A stretch of 64,000 nt of DNA, taken from the NCBI GenBank assembly GCA_963666985.2, contig CAXXIA010000002.1, positions 512,001-576,000 of the forward strand, read 5' to 3'. Shown here in pieces: positions 9,963 through 18,898 of the stretch. This DNA is from Spirochaetia bacterium (GTDB taxonomy: Bacteria > Spirochaetota > Spirochaetia > DSM-2461). Below the pieces are notes generated by a model that saw only the letters and a program-made list of their open reading frames with translations, was not told the DNA's origin and made no database searches. The position numbers were made by a program, and so were the translations under genes. Every line of letters begins with the position of its first letter. Positions within the stretch are counted from its first letter, which is position 1.

Positions 9963-10323
9963 ATGATTAGCCTTTAAACTCTAGATAAACGGTTTGCGTT
10001 GTCTCTATATACATCGGCACTAAGAACTTTTTCAGCACAGGTTCTTCAACAAATAAGATTTTCACTAAGAAGACCGCATACGCTTTCCGTTCAGCGAACG
10101 GAGCGGACATCCGCAACACACATTCAGGCCGGCACTTATCCGCCGCCCGCCCGCACCTTTGCCGCTTGCCGACGGCCGCCTCCGGGCTTGCTCTTACCAG
10201 CCGGCTGAAGCTCCGTTGCCGCCTCATTTGCCGGCCGGCCGGCAAATGACACATCACGAAATAACTTGGATATACACTTACGATTAGGTATTATTTAAAC
10301 ACTACCTATTTAGGAGGGTTTAT

Positions 10324-11814
10324 ATGGCGTTACGAACTCCACAGCAATATTTGGAAAGTCTCAAAGACGGAAGAGTCGTGTACATTCTGGGAAAGAAAGT
10401 TGAGGATGTTACCAAACACCCGCTCTTAAGCATTACGAACAATTGGGTCGCCATGGATTACGTGATGAGCAACGATCCGAAGTATCAGGACCTTCTCACC
10501 GATATCGATGCCGACGGGGAGCGGGTCAGCTTCGCCCTTCAGCCCCAGAAAACAAAGGAAGACCTTATGAGGCTTCGGGAGGTGGTAAAACTCTGGGCCC
10601 GAGCAACCTTCGGAAAACCGCCCGGAGCGAAATTCGTCGCCAAAGACGGACTGAACGCGGTAACCGTGGTCAGCCGCCGTGTGGATAAAAAACACGGCAC
10701 CCAGTACGCGGTAAATGTCGAAGCTTTCCGCAAGCATCTTCAGAAAAACGATCTTGCCTTTGCCATGGGACTCACCGACGTAAAAGGAAACCGCGCTCTG
10801 AAGCCTTCGGCCCAGGTTCAGCACAAGGATTTCTATGTACGAATCGTGGAAGAACGGGAAGACGGGATTATCGTCAGCGGCGCCAAAACCCATATCAGTC
10901 AGGCCGCTTCCTGCAACGAAATTCTCGTCGCACCCTGCCATGCCATGACGCCTGAAGATAAAGATTACGCCGTAGCCTTCGGGATTCCCCTGAATACCAA
11001 GGGAATCACCATGATTTCCTCGGAACCGGAAGTTCACGAAGGATACGATCTTTTTGATCATCCCATTACAGGCAGCGTGTATATCAACGACGCCACGGTT
11101 GTCTTCGAGAACGTCTTCGTTCCCAAAGACCGAATCTTCCTCAAGGGAGAATGGGAATTCGCCGGAGAGGTGGCTTACATGTTCGCCAACTTCCACCGGC
11201 TGAGCGCCGAAACCTATAAGGCCATCGAACTGGAAATGGTTACAGGCGCCGCCATGCTCATGGCCGAATACAACGGTATCGAGAAAAAATCCCACATCCG
11301 CGACAAGCTGACCTGGATGGTGATGTATTCGGAGATGATCGAAACACTCGGGCTGGCCGCGGTTGAACACTGCATTCAGGAGCCGGAAAGCGATTATGTT
11401 TATCCCAATCCCATGACCGCCAATATCTGCAAGTTCCAGTTTGCCGACAACTGGCACCAGGCCACCAAGTACCTGCAGGACATTTCGGGAGGAATCGTGG
11501 CTACGGCCCCCTCGGGGAAGGATTTCTTCAGTCCCGAAATTGGCCCTCTGGTTGAGAAGTATCTGGCCGGGAAAGACGGGATTCCCACCGAAGATCGGCT
11601 CCGGATGGTGAAACTGGTTAAGGAAATCAGTTCCGCTTACGAGGATGTGCTGACCATCCACGCGGAAGGCTCCCTGGAAGCCCAGAAGCTCTCCATTCTG
11701 ATGCTGGCCGATACGGAGCGTTATACCGCCGCCGCGAAACGGGCCGCCCGCATCAAAAGCGGAAAAAAGCATCCTTTATTCGGCGATCTTCCGGCGTTCC
11801 CACCGAAATTCTAA
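10324..11814 (+). CDS. 4-hydroxybutyryl-CoA dehydratase / 4-hydroxyphenylacetate 3-hydroxylase (AbfD/HpaB) family flavoprotein
   Basis: QYLESLKDGR.VY, TDVKGNR..KPS.Q, GII.SGAK.H, FENVFVP..RIFL.GE and H..GS..AQ motifs; AGGAGG RBS. Confidence 0.85.
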   Translation: MALRTPQQYLESLKDGRVVYILGKKVEDVTKHPLLSITNNWVAMDYVMSNDPKYQDLLTDIDADGERVSFALQPQKTKEDLMRLREVVKLWARATFGKPPGAKFVAKDGLNAVTVVSRRVDKKHGTQYAVNVEAFRKHLQKNDLAFAMGLTDVKGNRALKPSAQVQHKDFYVRIVEEREDGIIVSGAKTHISQAASCNEILVAPCHAMTPEDKDYAVAFGIPLNTKGITMISSEPEVHEGYDLFDHPITGSVYINDATVVFENVFVPKDRIFLKGEWEFAGEVAYMFANFHRLSAETYKAIELEMVTGAAMLMAEYNGIEKKSHIRDKLTWMVMYSEMIETLGLAAVEHCIQEPESDYVYPNPMTANICKFQFADNWHQATKYLQDISGGIVATAPSGKDFFSPEIGPLVEKYLAGKDGIPTEDRLRMVKLVKEISSAYEDVLTIHAEGSLEAQKLSILMLADTERYTAAAKRAARIKSGKKHPLFGDLPAFPPKF

Positions 11815-11836
11815 TCGCCGCCTCTTCAAAATAACC

Positions 11837-11879
11837 ATCGCCGGGGATTCTTCATGTTTATAGGATCTCCGGCGATTTT
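11837..11879 (+). terminator. Intrinsic terminator
   Basis: ATCGCCGGGGAT...ATCTCCGGCGAT stem followed by Ts. Confidence 0.65.
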
Positions 11880-11974
11880 AATCTTCAATTCCGAACTCTT
11901 CGGATGCACTCTTCTACCCTTCATTCTTCAAGTCCGCCAAACAACCTTAAATCCGGCATTTGGAATAAAGAGAA

Positions 11975-12021
11975 AACTACATGGATGTAGTTCCCCGTAA
12001 ATCCAACTACATTTTTGTATG
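11975..12021. promoter_or_regulatory. Probable upstream activator sites for a sigma-54 activator
   Basis: AACTACAT-GG-ATGTAGTT palindrome at 11975-11992 and a partial copy AACTACAT-TT-TTGTATG starting 30 bp downstream; 55-100 bp upstream of the -24/-12 promoter. Confidence 0.6.
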
Positions 12022-12074
12022 AAATCATCTCTTACTCAAAACACACCAAGCTGAAAACATCAAAGGAAAAATCC

Positions 12075-12090
12075 TGGCACATCATTTGCT
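12075..12090 (+). promoter_or_regulatory. Sigma-54 (-24/-12) promoter
   Basis: TGGCAC-ATCAT-TTGCT is an exact match to TGGCAC-N5-TTGCW, 47 nt before the ATG. Confidence 0.85.
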
Positions 12091-12137
12091 GTTAATCGGA
12101 AGAAACAAACACTGCACCCGAATGTAAGGAGTTATCA

Positions 12138-13286
12138 ATGGATTTTCCGGATATCAACCTGGCCGCCGGACCGGTTGAAATCTCACCGCGAGTATCGATG
12201 GCAATGGCACGGCCCGTACTCTATCACTACGATCCGTCTTTTATAGAACTCTACAAGCGCATCGATGAAAAACTGAAAAAAGCATTTCTAACGAAGCACG
12301 ATATCATCATTCAGCAGGGAGAAGCCATTCTCGGACTGGAAGCGGCCGCTCATTCCTGCATTGCACCCGGTGATAAATGCCTGAATCTCGTTACGGGAGT
12401 TTTCGGAAAATGGTTCGAAGATTTTATCATTGCGGCAGGCGGAACCGTCATCGAACTGAAAAAAGAATATAACGAATCCATTACCGAAGAAGATGTCCGG
12501 GAAGCCTTCCGAAAGAATCCCGACATCGCCGTGATGAGCGTTGTTCATTCCGAAACACCTTCGGGAACCGTGAATCCCGTCGATAAACTCTGCCCCATCG
12601 TGAAGGAACACGGAGCGATTACCATCGTCGATACCGTTTCCGGCGTCTTCGGATCGGAACTCCGGCCCGACGATTGGGGTATTGATGTCTGCATCACCGG
12701 CCCTCAGAAATGTCTGGGCGCGGCACCGGGCCTGAGCATTGCCTGCATCAGTCCGGACGCCTGGGCCAAGATGGAAAAATCATCGGCGCCCGCGAACAGC
12801 TATATGAGCTTCACGGACTGGAAATCCAAATGGATTGAAAACAGCGCTTTCCCCTACACCCCCTCCGTTTCCCTTCTCTACGGACTGGACGAAGCTCTTT
12901 CCATGCTCCTCGAAGAAGGCATTGAGTCCGTCTGGGAACGGCATGCTCTATCGGCGCGGATGTGCCGGGCGGGAATCAAGGGAATGGGACTCAATCTCTG
13001 GCCGGCGAGTGAAGATATCGCCGCGGATTGCTGTACGGCCTTTAAAACTCCCGAAGGTGTGGACTCCAAAGCCTTCAGAGACACTCTCCGTGAAAAATGG
13101 AAGCTGATGATCGTCACCGGATACGGAGAACTGGCTCCGCACGTCCTCCGTATCGGCCATTTGGGCCATACGGCGAAACCCCTCTATGTTCTCTCGGCAC
13201 TGGCTCTCGTGGGCAAAGCCCTTCTCGATTCGGGAGTGTCGGTGGATGTCGGCAAAGGAATAGATTCCGCCTTGGCGGAACTGTAA
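12138..13286 (+). CDS. Class V aminotransferase, pyridoxamine-pyruvate transaminase-like
   Basis: L.AGPV, VLYHYDP.F, GE.ILGLEAAA, H.ETPSGT, TGPQKCLGA.PG, DW...W....FPYTPSVS and RIGH.G.TA.P segments resemble Mesorhizobium PpaT (from memory). Confidence 0.75.
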   Translation: MDFPDINLAAGPVEISPRVSMAMARPVLYHYDPSFIELYKRIDEKLKKAFLTKHDIIIQQGEAILGLEAAAHSCIAPGDKCLNLVTGVFGKWFEDFIIAAGGTVIELKKEYNESITEEDVREAFRKNPDIAVMSVVHSETPSGTVNPVDKLCPIVKEHGAITIVDTVSGVFGSELRPDDWGIDVCITGPQKCLGAAPGLSIACISPDAWAKMEKSSAPANSYMSFTDWKSKWIENSAFPYTPSVSLLYGLDEALSMLLEEGIESVWERHALSARMCRAGIKGMGLNLWPASEDIAADCCTAFKTPEGVDSKAFRDTLREKWKLMIVTGYGELAPHVLRIGHLGHTAKPLYVLSALALVGKALLDSGVSVDVGKGIDSALAEL

Positions 13287-13319
13287 ATAAGAACTGTAAA
13301 AAGATAGGAGATACAGAAC

Positions 13320-13862
13320 ATGGCAAAAAAAATGTCCGCACAGACGGTAGCGCTCCTGGCGATTATGACTGCGGTTACAACCGTACTCACCCTCCTGGTG
13401 CGCATACCATTCGCTCCCACCAGAGGATACATCACCCTCGCCGACGTAGGTGTTTATTTCGCGGCATTCGCATTAGGACCCGTTATCGGCGGTATCGCCG
13501 CGGGAGTCGGAACCGGATTGGCCGATGCCATCGCCGGTTATCCTCAGTGGATGGTTCTCACATTGATTATCCACGGCGCACAAGCCGTTCTGGCCGGATA
13601 CATTGCGCGTAAAGGCACCCTTCCGCTTATGATTCTCGGCTGGGCCGCCGGCGGTGTCGTTATGGCTGCAGGGTATTTCGCCGCGGGAGCCGCCCTTTAC
13701 GGAGCCGGTCCAGCAGCGGCCGAAATTATCGGCAATGTCGGTCAGGTCGTCGCGGGCGGCGTTATCGGTATCCCCCTCGTTTTCGCCGTTCGCAAGGCCT
13801 ATCCGCCCATCATGAACGTCGGCAAATCGAAAAAGTGGGAATCCGCCGAAGAGCCCGCATGA
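13320..13862 (+). CDS. ECF transporter S component
   Basis: Hydrophobic 180 aa; A...A...VLT..VRIP...GY..LAD and G.G..LAD...GYP.W motifs. Confidence 0.88.
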   Translation: MAKKMSAQTVALLAIMTAVTTVLTLLVRIPFAPTRGYITLADVGVYFAAFALGPVIGGIAAGVGTGLADAIAGYPQWMVLTLIIHGAQAVLAGYIARKGTLPLMILGWAAGGVVMAAGYFAAGAALYGAGPAAAEIIGNVGQVVAGGVIGIPLVFAVRKAYPPIMNVGKSKKWESAEEPA

Positions 13863-14731
13863 AACCGGATGAAGGAAAAACGCCGGCCATATCCATTAAG
13901 GGTTTGAACTTCGCCTACCCAAGCGTGGCCGCCGGTCAGAAAATGGTGCAGATTCTCAAAGGCATCGACCTTGAAATCGCCCAGGGGGAATTCGTCTCCA
14001 TCATGGGTCCGACGGGAGCGGGAAAAACAACGCTCTGCCTGGCCCTGAACGGGATAATCCCCCATTCGACCGGCGGACGGATCGGCGGAAATGTCGAGAT
14101 ATTCGGCAAGAACACGAAAGAATACAAAACGAAGGATCTCGCAAAGCACGTCGGCATCGTCTTCCAGGATCCGGAGACTCAGCTCTTCACGATGAGCGTG
14201 GAAGACGAAGTGGCCTTCGCCCTGGAATGCCTGAGCATTGAGAAAAGCGAGATGGAAGACCGCATTACCGAAGCCATGCGCTATGTCGGTATTGAACAGC
14301 TGCGAAAGCGCTCCCCGATGCACCTTTCGGGGGGCCAAAAGCAGCGTGTGGCCATCGCGGCCATTCTGGCCATGGATCCGGAAATCATCATCCTTGATGA
14401 ACCGACATCCGGCCTGGACCCGATCGGCACGCGGGAAGTCTTCCGGGTTGTCGACGAACTTCGCAGCCGAAGCGACAAAACAATCATCATGGTGGAACAC
14501 GAAAGCGAACAAATCGCCCGATTTTCCGACCGGGTTATTGTGCTGGAAGACGGGATTCTAACAATGGAAGGTTCTCCGCGCGAAATCTTCAGCGCCGTTG
14601 AGGAACTGAAAAATGCTGGGGTATCCATTCCCCAGGTTACGGAACTGGCCTATGCCGTCCGTAATTCAGCCGATCGGCCGCTGCCGATCATTCTTGACGA
14701 GGCAATACCATGGTTCTCCCGGAATCCGTAA
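13859..14731 (+). CDS. ECF transporter ATPase (EcfA)
   Basis: GPTGAGKTT, VFQDPE.Q, LSGGQKQR and LDEPT motifs; ATGA overlap with the S-component stop. Confidence 0.9.
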   Translation: MKPDEGKTPAISIKGLNFAYPSVAAGQKMVQILKGIDLEIAQGEFVSIMGPTGAGKTTLCLALNGIIPHSTGGRIGGNVEIFGKNTKEYKTKDLAKHVGIVFQDPETQLFTMSVEDEVAFALECLSIEKSEMEDRITEAMRYVGIEQLRKRSPMHLSGGQKQRVAIAAILAMDPEIIILDEPTSGLDPIGTREVFRVVDELRSRSDKTIIMVEHESEQIARFSDRVIVLEDGILTMEGSPREIFSAVEELKNAGVSIPQVTELAYAVRNSADRPLPIILDEAIPWFSRNP

Positions 14732-15546
14732 TCGAAACAATCGATCTGAAACATGTCTATGAAAGCGGCGTTACCGCCCTGAACGGGGTTTCGGTTTCCG
14801 TCGCCAAAGGCGACACCGTCGCTCTCATCGGCCAGAACGGATCGGGGAAAACGACACTCGCGAAGCATCTCATCGGACTTCTCAGACCGACAGCCGGAGA
14901 AGTCCGCATCGGCGGCGAAAACATCGCTGATAAATCCGTTGCGCAAATATCACGGCAAGTCGGTTTCGTGTTTCAGAATCCCGATCATCAGATCTTCTGC
15001 TCCAGCGTTCTGGACGAACTCTCGTTCGGCCTGAAAACTCAAGGACTCGATAAAAAAATGCGCAAGGAACGAATCGACGACATTCTGCACCGATTCAAAC
15101 TGGAAGCCTACACCGATTATCCGCCGGCCGTTCTCGGCTTCGGTCTGAGAAGAAAAGTCAGCTTGGCATCCATCTGCGCCATGAGGCCCGATGTTCTCAT
15201 TCTGGATGAACCTACGGTCGGACTGGACCGCAGAAGCAGTGTGGAACTGATGGATACCGTCATGCAACTGAATTCGGAAGGACACACAATCCTCATCGTC
15301 ACGCACGACATGCGCGTGGTGGCCGAATACACGAAAAGCAGCCTTATCCTGAAAGGCGGAGAACTGTTGGCCTCCGGCCCTACCTCCGACCTCCTGATGC
15401 GTTTTGAGCTCCTTTCGGAAACACAGATTGCTCCCCCGCAAGTCGTCGAATTAACCTCGGCCATGAATCTGCGCCGGGAAGATGACGGTCTGCCGATGAC
15501 CAATGAAGAATTCATTCGGGCGTATCAATCAAGGAAAGCTTCATGA
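14710..15546 (+). CDS. ECF transporter ATPase (EcfA')
   Basis: GQNGSGKTT, VFQNPDHQ, degenerate signature LGFG, LDEPT. Confidence 0.9.
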   Translation: MVLPESVIETIDLKHVYESGVTALNGVSVSVAKGDTVALIGQNGSGKTTLAKHLIGLLRPTAGEVRIGGENIADKSVAQISRQVGFVFQNPDHQIFCSSVLDELSFGLKTQGLDKKMRKERIDDILHRFKLEAYTDYPPAVLGFGLRRKVSLASICAMRPDVLILDEPTVGLDRRSSVELMDTVMQLNSEGHTILIVTHDMRVVAEYTKSSLILKGGELLASGPTSDLLMRFELLSETQIAPPQVVELTSAMNLRREDDGLPMTNEEFIRAYQSRKAS

Positions 15547-16358
15547 ACTACGATTTCTACGTAGCCGCGGATTCTCCCGTCCACAGAATGGATCCAAGAG
15601 TTAAACTCGCCATCACCGTCAGCTGCTGCGTCATCGCCTTTATAGTGAACAACATCTGGGCCGTTCTGGTACTGCTGGGCTTCCTCCATGCTCTCTACCT
15701 CATCGGAAAAATCCCGCTGAAGAAAATCGGCATGGTCTGGAAAATGATGCTCCCGGTCAACATTATGATCATCCTGCTCTGGCCCGTTTTTTCCCAGGAA
15801 GGCTCCATGGCGCTCTTTACCGTTTTAGGCCGCAGCGTCACGGTGGAAAGCATCGTGAGGGGAGTCTTCATGGCGGCCCGTATTACCTGTTTGGGAATGG
15901 CCTGCTTCGTTCTGCTCTTCACCACCGACCAGAGCACCATCGTTCTGGGACTGGTCCGGCTGGGGCTGCCGTACGACTGGGGACTGACCTTCGCCATTAC
16001 GCTGCGCTATCTGCCGACCTTCTACGGGATCATCTCCATGATTATCGACGCGCAGAAAGCCCGGGGACTCGATTTGGAAAAGGGACGTTTCTTCAGCAGG
16101 CTGAAAGCCTATCTGCCGATTCTCGTTTCCGTCATCATCACCGGTCTGAAAGCCAGCGCGAACCTCGGTAACGCCCTGGAAACACGCGCCTTCGGCGCGA
16201 CTGTAGGGAAACGAACCTACTATCGTGACTTGCAAATGCGCCATCAGGACTACACCGTGCTGGCCGCAATCATCCTCGGAACGGTCGGCCTGACATTCGT
16301 CCGATTCCAATTCGGTTTCGCGGGCGACCTTATGCATCTGATGCCTCTCCAGGCATAA
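15543..16358 (+). CDS. ECF transporter T component (EcfT)
   Basis: S.VHRMDPR.K, LRY.P, AQKARG and ALETRAF coupling motifs. Confidence 0.9.
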   Translation: MNYDFYVAADSPVHRMDPRVKLAITVSCCVIAFIVNNIWAVLVLLGFLHALYLIGKIPLKKIGMVWKMMLPVNIMIILLWPVFSQEGSMALFTVLGRSVTVESIVRGVFMAARITCLGMACFVLLFTTDQSTIVLGLVRLGLPYDWGLTFAITLRYLPTFYGIISMIIDAQKARGLDLEKGRFFSRLKAYLPILVSVIITGLKASANLGNALETRAFGATVGKRTYYRDLQMRHQDYTVLAAIILGTVGLTFVRFQFGFAGDLMHLMPLQA

Positions 16359-16390
16359 AAACCACATCATGACAACTTAGGAGAAACACA

Positions 16391-16735
16391 ATGCCGTTTA
16401 TCAGAATTGAAACCAACATCGACCTGGAAGAACGTAAAAAATCCGCATCACTGGCCGCCGTTTCCAACATCGTTTCGAAAGCGACAGGCAAGAGCGTGGA
16501 CTACATCATGGCCCGCTGGGCCCCAAAAGCCCCCATGACCATGGGCGCCGAAGATGTTCCGACCGTGTACGCGGAAGTGAAAAGCGTCGGTCTCACAGCC
16601 GACCAGGCCGCGGCCATCTCGCCTCTCACGGAATTACTCACCGAAACTCTGGGCGTGGATAAACACAACGTTTATATCGAATTTGCCTGCGGCACGCCCG
16701 ACATGTGGGGCCTCGGCGGAGGCATGCTGGGCTAG
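16391..16735 (+). CDS. MIF/phenylpyruvate tautomerase-family protein
   Basis: Starts MP (catalytic Pro-1); PFI.I.TN, GKS..YIM, VYIEF and WG motifs. Confidence 0.85.
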   Translation: MPFIRIETNIDLEERKKSASLAAVSNIVSKATGKSVDYIMARWAPKAPMTMGAEDVPTVYAEVKSVGLTADQAAAISPLTELLTETLGVDKHNVYIEFACGTPDMWGLGGGMLG

Positions 16736-16743
16736 AAGATTTA

Positions 16744-16779
16744 AACCGGTGGTATTGAATTGTCAAACAGCCACCGGTT
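16744..16779. terminator. Hairpin between convergent genes
   Basis: AACCGGTGG...CCACCGGTT stem. Confidence 0.55.
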
Positions 16780-16803
16780 CAGTCTTCTGACCGTTACAAA
16801 GAA

Positions 16804-17664
16804 TTATTCTTTATCTCCCAGCAATTCCTTTTTCGCTTTATCATACATTTGCTCGGAATCCAAATCCGAATGAAGCACCTTCGTATTGCAGAAATCACCA
16901 AACATCTCCGTCCCAAAAGTCATGTCCAGATCATCCACAATACGCTGTTTCCAGGGTCGGCGAATAACCTGGGCGGAGAGTCTGCGGATACTGCGGTGCT
17001 GAGCCATGATAACATCAGCAATCTCATAGGCCCGGGGGATAAGACGATCACGGGAAACAACCTCATTAACAAGGCCGTATTCAAGACATTTTTCAGGCGT
17101 CAGCATCTCGTTCATCAGCATGGCATACGCCGCTCTCCGGGTTCCCATAAGCTCAAAAAAGCAGCTATGGATTCCATCGCCGGGCACAATTCCATTGATG
17201 TAATGGGGATCGGAAATCACAACATCATCGGCCATAATGCACAAATCGCACATCAGGGCCAATTCAGAATGCCCGCCGGAACCGCTTAACACGCCGATGG
17301 TGGGAACCTCCACGTCTTGAATCATGGAAATAAGCATACGCCGTCCGTCAACAAACATATGCTCATATCGGGTTCCCGCCGGATCCGTTTTTTCAGGCAT
17401 CCAGCTTTCATCCTCAAAATTCGCAATCCAGTATTTTCCCGTCCCGCTGAAAATGATGCATTCTATATCCGAATCGCTTCCGACAATACGCCACATCTGA
17501 CCTATAGCTCTATGAAGCTCCATGCTCCACAACTGGGGTTCACCCTTGGTATGCATCTGAATCAGAAGGACACCATCGTCCCTCTTCTCCATATTAAAAT
17601 GTTCCTTAAAAATTTCCTTGTATTCCTTGAAGGTCGGCCAATGGGGGTAACTTGTATTCGTCAT
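16804..17664 (-). CDS. Crotonase-superfamily protein, 6-oxocamphor/beta-diketone hydrolase-like
   Basis: EVPTIG, HSELALMCD, DPHY..GIVPGDG and GLVNEVV motifs; AGGAGA RBS before ATG 17664. Confidence 0.75.
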   Translation of the reverse strand: MTNTSYPHWPTFKEYKEIFKEHFNMEKRDDGVLLIQMHTKGEPQLWSMELHRAIGQMWRIVGSDSDIECIIFSGTGKYWIANFEDESWMPEKTDPAGTRYEHMFVDGRRMLISMIQDVEVPTIGVLSGSGGHSELALMCDLCIMADDVVISDPHYINGIVPGDGIHSCFFELMGTRRAAYAMLMNEMLTPEKCLEYGLVNEVVSRDRLIPRAYEIADVIMAQHRSIRRLSAQVIRRPWKQRIVDDLDMTFGTEMFGDFCNTKVLHSDLDSEQMYDKAKKELLGDKE

Positions 17665-17778
17665 CGTCTTTCTCCTGCCGCAGTTCTTGAGCACTGCATG
17701 TTTTTTTATTCAGATTCCCAGAAAGAAAATGAATCGGGAAATAAAAAAAACGCATGGATTGAACGATTTGATTTATGT

Positions 17779-18663
17779 CTAAGGATGAGAGCAGGAAAAT
17801 ATTTCAGCTGTATAATCCAGAAACTGCCTGACCGCCGGATTTGAATTATTCTTATGCCAGGTCAGTACAACATCAACAAGCATCTCGTATCCCGATATTC
17901 TTTTTTTCAGAATATTATGACTGCTCTCCCTGCCGGCGACATAGAAACCGGGAACAACCGATATACCAAGGTTGGCTTCCACCTGAAGCAGCAAAGCATC
18001 CATGGAATCGGCATAAAGAAGTGTTGTGTGTTTATCTTGAACAAACAATTCCTCTATAAACGGAGGATGAACGAAATGGGGAAGGATTATCTTTTCCCGC
18101 CTGAGGTCTTTCAGCTCCAGTTCTTCCGATTCGGCATAGGGAGATTCCCTGGAAATCAGAACAAAAAACTCCTCCCTGCCAAGTATCCGCCGCTTAAGTT
18201 CCCCGAAATCCTTCACGGCAAAAAGAAATGTAAAGGCCAAATCAAGCTCTCCGCTCACAACCGACTCGGTTAAAACAGTTGTATTCCGGAGTTTGATATC
18301 GATATAGACATCAGCAAAAGATTTATGGAATCCGCTGAGAAATTCCGCAATCAGATGGTTAATACTGCCCAAAGAGCCGATTCTTAAAAAACCGGAAGTA
18401 CCTCTTCCCGCATCCCTAACCATCTCGGACATTCCATGAAACGCCTGAAGGAACTTCTCACCTTCCCTTAAGAAAACCTCGCCGGCACCGGTAAGGCGTA
18501 CCGATCGGCTTGTGCGTTCGAACAGACTCACCCCCAGTTCCGACTCCAGGGATATAATCTGTCTGCTTAAAGCCGGCTGACTTATATAAAGATATTCGGC
18601 CGCTTTGGTGAAATTGCGATATCGCGCAAGAGTCAGGAAGTATTCTATCTGCCTGGTATCCAG
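17779..18663 (-). CDS. LysR-family transcriptional regulator with probable CTG start
   Basis: Extending the frame 44 codons upstream of the ORF-track start gives (L)DTRQIEYFLTLARYRNFTKAAEYLYISQPALSRQI..LE.ELG, a complete LysR HTH; in-frame TAG just upstream; AGGAGG before CTG. Confidence 0.88.
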   Translation of the reverse strand: MDTRQIEYFLTLARYRNFTKAAEYLYISQPALSRQIISLESELGVSLFERTSRSVRLTGAGEVFLREGEKFLQAFHGMSEMVRDAGRGTSGFLRIGSLGSINHLIAEFLSGFHKSFADVYIDIKLRNTTVLTESVVSGELDLAFTFLFAVKDFGELKRRILGREEFFVLISRESPYAESEELELKDLRREKIILPHFVHPPFIEELFVQDKHTTLLYADSMDALLLQVEANLGISVVPGFYVAGRESSHNILKKRISGYEMLVDVVLTWHKNNSNPAVRQFLDYTAEIFSCSHP

Positions 18664-18898
18664 GAATTTTCCCTCCTATTCCACCTCTGTCGCCGGAGGA
18701 CCTTCGGGCCGCACCCGAGCTTGCTCTGGTATAACAGAGACGAACAAGGGAAACCACAGGTATCGCCGGCGCTGTTGAACTCCGCCGCAATCATAGGCCG
18801 CACCCGAGCAGCTCGCGCCGCCAAGAAACCTCTTCAGCCGCAGTAAAAAGCCGTCGGCAGCCCCCACGAGCGCACCCATTTTGCCGCCACAGCCCTCT

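Noticed and set aside
10426..11772. 448-aa - strand ORF
   Set aside because: Antisense shadow of the AbfD/HpaB-family gene.
18707..18809. GGCCGCACCCGAGC repeated twice between mnmG and lysR
   Set aside because: Only a 14-bp duplication with no further structure; no function can be supported.
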